A DNA stretch of 64,000 nt. It comes from Bacteroidales bacterium. Its GTDB lineage: Bacteria > Bacteroidota > Bacteroidia > Bacteroidales > CAIWKO01. The stretch spans positions 1 through 64,000 of the forward strand of contig DAOORA010000006.1 in assembly GCA_035389045.1 (NCBI GenBank), in the 5' to 3' direction. Positions 61,501 through 64,000 of this stretch are shown here, piece by piece. A program made the position numbers and the translations under genes. The notes below the pieces were generated by a model that worked only from the letters and a program-made list of their open reading frames with translations, was not told the DNA's origin and did not search any database. Position 1 is the first letter of the stretch. Every line of letters begins with the position of its first letter.

Positions 61501-62860
61501 TATTCAGCGAAATAAAACCAAGTTTATTATTGAACGTATATTCTGATGGTTGTAGTTTTCGGGCAAGTTCCACTTTTTCATAATCAATACCGGAAACCAT
61601 GTGTAAGGTATTAGTAAGATAATTACTGACTCCGCTAAGATCTCTCAGCTGGCCTTCATCTAAAAAACTGAACAAGCTGTTCGCATTGTTTTCAGGATAA
61701 TATCCTACCGGAAAGATATTTGAATTATGGATCAATTGTCCTTCGCCCAGATCCTGAAAAGCCACGATATTGCGGTTATCGGTGGTTGCCGACCCGATAT
61801 TGGTCAGCCATACTTCAATATTGGTGATATTGATATTGGAGGTTATGATTGGGAGTTTTTTCAGCGCTTCTTGGTAATGATCGCGAAAATACTGCGAGAT
61901 AAAAAAGTGTTTATTTTCTTCGTATTGGTCGGCTCTTACATTAAATTCGCTGGTTTGTGCGCCGCCGGAAACGGTAATATTTTCAGTCTGGCTTTCCTGC
62001 TGCGACCAGATGCCGGTGACGGTAGCCCTTCCAAATTTCAATTTGGCCTTAATCCCGAAAAGCGACTGACTTCCTGTGATCAGGGTGCTGTTTAATGGCA
62101 GGGTTACATCACCACCTTCGATAAGCTGAATGATGTCGTCTTCCTCCCCTTCGTATTTCAGGTTCATTTTATTTTCGAAATCAAAAGAAGACTCGGTGTT
62201 GTAATTTACGCCAAATTGTATTTTATCGCCAATTTTGGCGGTAACATTCATCTGGATTTTCTCCTGAAAATCGAAATTTGTGGTGCGGCGCTGTTTGACA
62301 TCAAGGGCAGGATTGTTGGTTTTGGTGGAAACAACGCCAAAAATCAGTTCTGCTGATCCTGAAGGCCTGATATCAATAGTGTTGCCACCGAAAATTTTAT
62401 TAAAAGCTTTGCCACCGATGTGAATTTTGGGTATAATGTTGCCATCGCCCCTGGAGGTGCGGTTTGCCCTTGTTTTATCGTGCCAGTATTCCCGCAGGGC
62501 CTTATCCAGGTCATAATTACGGTATTCTTCCAGCGACATGTAATGGGGCTGGCGGTAATTTAAGTTTCCGATGGTATTTCTTAAAATGTACTCATTGGTT
62601 TCGGGATTATATTCGACGCCTGTGCTTACATTTGAGGGATTATTCAGGTACAGGCCGCCGTTTTGCTGGTTATCGTAGGGATTCCCGTTATTATCTATGA
62701 AAGGATAATGCAGTTCGGGAGGGTTGGTGTCCGGGGGATGAATGTATTTGTCTTTTATAAATTTATAATCAGGTTCAGTACTGATACCACCTGCAATGGC
62801 AATCGACAAAATAAACGCTGCGGCGAAAATCTGAATTATGTATCTGGCCGGTTTCAACAA
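55592..62860 (-). CDS. sprA: T9SS outer-membrane translocon SprA/Sov
   Basis: 2422 aa; FGG..IDIRP.GS, FDFEN...L.Y.G.EDDII, YIDDFE, RWGG.MR, EYIEFW..DPF, EIW.NELR, EQFSPL.G.D. Confidence 0.96.
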   Translation of the reverse strand: MLKPARYIIQIFAAAFILSIAIAGGISTEPDYKFIKDKYIHPPDTNPPELHYPFIDNNGNPYDNQQNGGLYLNNPSNVSTGVEYNPETNEYILRNTIGNLNYRQPHYMSLEEYRNYDLDKALREYWHDKTRANRTSRGDGNIIPKIHIGGKAFNKIFGGNTIDIRPSGSAELIFGVVSTKTNNPALDVKQRRTTNFDFQEKIQMNVTAKIGDKIQFGVNYNTESSFDFENKMNLKYEGEEDDIIQLIEGGDVTLPLNSTLITGSQSLFGIKAKLKFGRATVTGIWSQQESQTENITVSGGAQTSEFNVRADQYEENKHFFISQYFRDHYQEALKKLPIITSNINITNIEVWLTNIGSATTDNRNIVAFQDLGEGQLIHNSNIFPVGYYPENNANSLFSFLDEGQLRDLSGVSNYLTNTLHMVSGIDYEKVELARKLQPSEYTFNNKLGFISLNTSLNSDQVLAIAYQYTLVGDTTVYQVGELTNTGISAPSCLIVKLIKSTTLSTKVPMYKLMMKNVYAIGGYQINSEDFRLNVLYSGEEQGIPMGYITEGAVNGVPLIRVLGCDRLDMNQNPVPDGVFDFIGEAATQGGLIQASNGRIFFPVLEPFGSDLRKAITGGNAALNSIADKYCYDSLYTMTKTGAQQYPDRNKFALQGTYKSASGSEISLGAMSVPQGSVKVTAGGIPLTENVDYTVDYTMGRVKIINEGILNSGTPINISLENNSTFSIQTKTLMGLRFDYMINKNFNVGGTVLNLTEKPLTQKVNFGDEPISNTIWGVDGAYTTEARWLTKLVDLIPLIETKAVSNVSINAEFANLLPGHSRAIGKTGTSYIDDFESSKSTIDLKNVGSWFIASTPQGQPDMFPEAAAGSLLAFNYNRAKLAWYVIDPSVFYRSNNQLPPNITNDDISNHFTREVYEQEVFPNRQPANNLPSNIAVLNMAYYPRERGPYNYDVDGSEGYSLGLNSDGTLVGPDSRWGGMMRRIESTDFEETNIEYIEFWMMDPFVYDPGAAGGQVYIDLGDVSEDVLRDSRKSVENGLPPDGVMDDVDTTIWGIVPSLQPLTNSFDNNEDARPYQDIGLDGLSNDNEIVFFSNYISRVINAFGSGQAVNNANNDPSGDDFHYFRGPDYDNAAKTILQRYKNYNGTDGNSPTDQQTQDEFGVNYPMQSTTIPDGEDINRDNTLSEGERYFQYMIDLTPGKMVIGQNYISDILDASTGRLPNGSSTTIKWYQFKVPVQSPDKIIGGIQDFKSIRFIRVFFRGFTDSVICRFATFDLVRGDWRRYNYSLLSPGEYIPNDDQTLTSFDVSAVNLEENGQRSPVTYVVPPGIEREINYQSTTQQQLNEQALSMKTCDLMDGDARAIYKTCDFDMRKFKTLKMFVHAEAMGNETAVQDGDLTVFIRLGSDFKSNYYEYEVPLEFTSWFNSDPEMIWPEQNRLEINLDELVDAKKLRNLELHNAGTSISSSLPYITYDSKNNKITIMGNPSISDVKVIMIGVRNPKKGSHPGADDGKEKCAEIWINELRLTDFDQSGGYAATGRIAANLADFGNVSLAGTISTPGFGSIDKKLNQLQKETIISYDIATNLELGKFFPDKWGIKIPMHFDYSEIRTIPEFNPINPDVLYREDLQTYTSSAARDSVRKITQDVTTRKSLNFMNVRKTKMGASTKSHIYDLENFDLTYAFTEQMHRNVDIEYDRRTTHMGGIGYNYSATPKIVKPLDKWKLISKSKWLRIIKDFNFYYMPKMLSFRTDVNKQFQENLMRNKTNAIIILEPAYVKRFGWTRDYGLKWDLTQNLKLDYQAHAIALVDEPPGKIEKGQPDYKQKKDSIWENVLNFGRMTNYTQNIDINYTLPINKIPILNWINMTARYGGAYIWTALPLSTDDFNNIIENPLGNTIENSNTEQLNLTASLTTLYNKVNYLKKINDKRKGIGEKPVPKTNMPGENADSLKPKVNIGKEIIDNTLSLLMLVKSVSISYQESNGRQLPGFMHKPVALGMDWNDMAPTFGFVFGSPGDMFGSTGDIIGKAFENNWISTDTNLNTPFAVKQSKVLNYQASLEPLSGMRIDVSGNTNYSKQNQAFYRYNGANQHSDPYSLVESGSFSMTIIGLKTAFVHDNKDNSNDNFNKFKDYRIIIATRLAEQNPNSSKQIIDSTNFPDGYGPTSQEVLIPAFLAAYLGKSPDNISLSPFSERILKAIPLPNWRLTYNGLTKIGFIKKYFRTVTLNHTYRCTYNINSFATNVVYKEGDDGFSYVRDQIGNFLTQKEIGQISITEQFSPLVGFDMTMNNSLLIKFEWKKSRNLSLSFANNQLTEIATNEYVIGAGYRFKDVSFNLNLGGKRRHIQSDLNLKADFSVRQNKTTLRKLVENMDQVSAGGQIISINVSADYQISEKFNIRLFYDHIINNPYVSSQYPNSNINGGLSLRFTLAQ

Positions 62861-62887
62861 ATAATGATTTTGTAAATATTCAACTTG

Positions 62888-63490
62888 TTATAAAATTTTC
62901 AGGGCACTTTTAATTAATTGTTCCACAGTATTGATCGACGGCTCTGATTTTATTATTTTATCAATAGCTTTTTCGGCAATGTTCTTGTTAAACCCCAACA
63001 TTACCAGTCCTGATAATGCTTCCTGTTTGTTTGCATGGTACCCGCCTGAAATCGCATCCTGTTGAAACGCAATTTTTGTATATTTATTTTTCAGTTCTAT
63101 GATAATTTTTTGCGCTGTTTTCGATCCGATACCTTTTACCCGTTCAAAAGCGGTTACCTGAGCGTTTGCCAGAGCAAAAATAACTTCATCGGATGACAGG
63201 GAAGAAAGTATGAGCCTTGCTGTATTGGCGCCCACTCCATTGACGGAGATCAGGTTTATATACAAATCGCGTTCTTCGGCCGTAAAAAACCCATAGAGAG
63301 TAATGCCAACCGGTGTAGCTGCTTCATTTTTTACAGCCATATAGGTCAGTAGCCGGCATTTTGTCCCTTCATCACCCAGCTTTGAATAGGTGTTTAAGGA
63401 AATATGCATAAAATAGCCTATTCCGCCGGTTTCAATAACGGCATAGGCAGGATTCTTTTCGACAAGTGTTCCTTCGACAAAAGATATCAT
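62888..63490 (-). CDS. ruvA: Holliday junction branch migration protein RuvA
   Basis: GGIGY, LYGF...ER, LISVNGVG, VKGIG.KTAQ.II.EL, EALS.L..LGF. Confidence 0.96.
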   Translation of the reverse strand: MISFVEGTLVEKNPAYAVIETGGIGYFMHISLNTYSKLGDEGTKCRLLTYMAVKNEAATPVGITLYGFFTAEERDLYINLISVNGVGANTARLILSSLSSDEVIFALANAQVTAFERVKGIGSKTAQKIIIELKNKYTKIAFQQDAISGGYHANKQEALSGLVMLGFNKNIAEKAIDKIIKSEPSINTVEQLIKSALKIL

Positions 63491-63523
63491 AACCGATTAA
63501 AAAGGGTGCAAAGATAAAAAAGT

Positions 63524-64000
63524 TTATTGAACTTGCTGAATAGCCCAATCAATAGCCTGCTGTATCATTTCCTGCTGGGGTTTCTGGATAAAGTCGTGAT
63601 CGACAAGGGCTTGTGTCATAGCACGGGCTTCCCTGATATCTTTTTCGGCTTTTGCAAAAGCTTCTTCACGGGTGATGTTAATGCGAGCCACACCGTCTTT
63701 GATCGCCTGCATAGCTACATCAGCAGCTTCTTCGGGAAAAACGGATGCTTCGTTCATGTTAGGAACAATATTTTCAGGGCTGATCCCTCTTTTTTCCGCA
63801 TAATCAGCCAGGGAATGTGCGGCAGCAATGGCCATGTTATCGGTAATTTTCCTGGCACGAACCATCAATGCGCCTTTGAGAATCCCCGGAAAACCAATAG
63901 AATTGTTTACCTGATTGGGAAAATCGCCGCGTCCTGTAGCGACGATGTATGCACCGGCTTCTTTAGCGGCATACGGATAAATTTCCGGCACTGGGTTGGC
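63524..64000 (-). CDS. NAD(P)-dependent malic enzyme, C-terminal part (5' end outside window)
   Basis: ANPVPEI.P..A, IVATGRGDFPNQVNN..GFPGI..GAL. Confidence 0.9.
   Translation of the reverse strand, partial: ANPVPEIYPYAAKEAGAYIVATGRGDFPNQVNNSIGFPGILKGALMVRARKITDNMAIAAAHSLADYAEKRGISPENIVPNMNEASVFPEEAADVAMQAIKDGVARINITREEAFAKAEKDIREARAMTQALVDHDFIQKPQQEMIQQAIDWAIQQVQ

Overview
Mostly core-genome window of a Bacteroidota bacterium, probably Bacteroidales-like. The assignment rests on TAnnTTTG -7 promoter boxes, sprA, gldA, three T9SS cargo genes and the coaX-OMP-lptC-hlyC-ppiD block. It holds about 42 CDS (tilS, dsbD, trmB, kdsB, dprA, purN, metG, metK, rsmI, gcvH, ruvA and others), a divergent tRNA-Arg(CCT, truncated)/tRNA-Phe(GAA) pair and a probable SAM-II-type riboswitch before metK. 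No transposase, integrase, prophage or CRISPR array is visible. Signals beyond housekeeping: (1) a cysteine-rich envelope module (T9SS cargo / TlpA / DUF6029-like barrel / Omp28-like lipoprotein) that could be a trans-outer-membrane thiol-redox relay; (2) a 3.0-kb accessory patch with an RPE-like palindromic MITE, an orphan membrane protein and an AAA-DUF4143 ATPase bracketed by a duplicated gene end; (3) a decayed tRNA-Val and hairpins after metG, next to a secreted protein with an unassigned domain; (4) three genes with a -7 box exactly 4 nt before ATG (leaderless candidates); (5) two tandem outer-membrane paralog pairs. All calls come from motif reading by eye; no database search was run.
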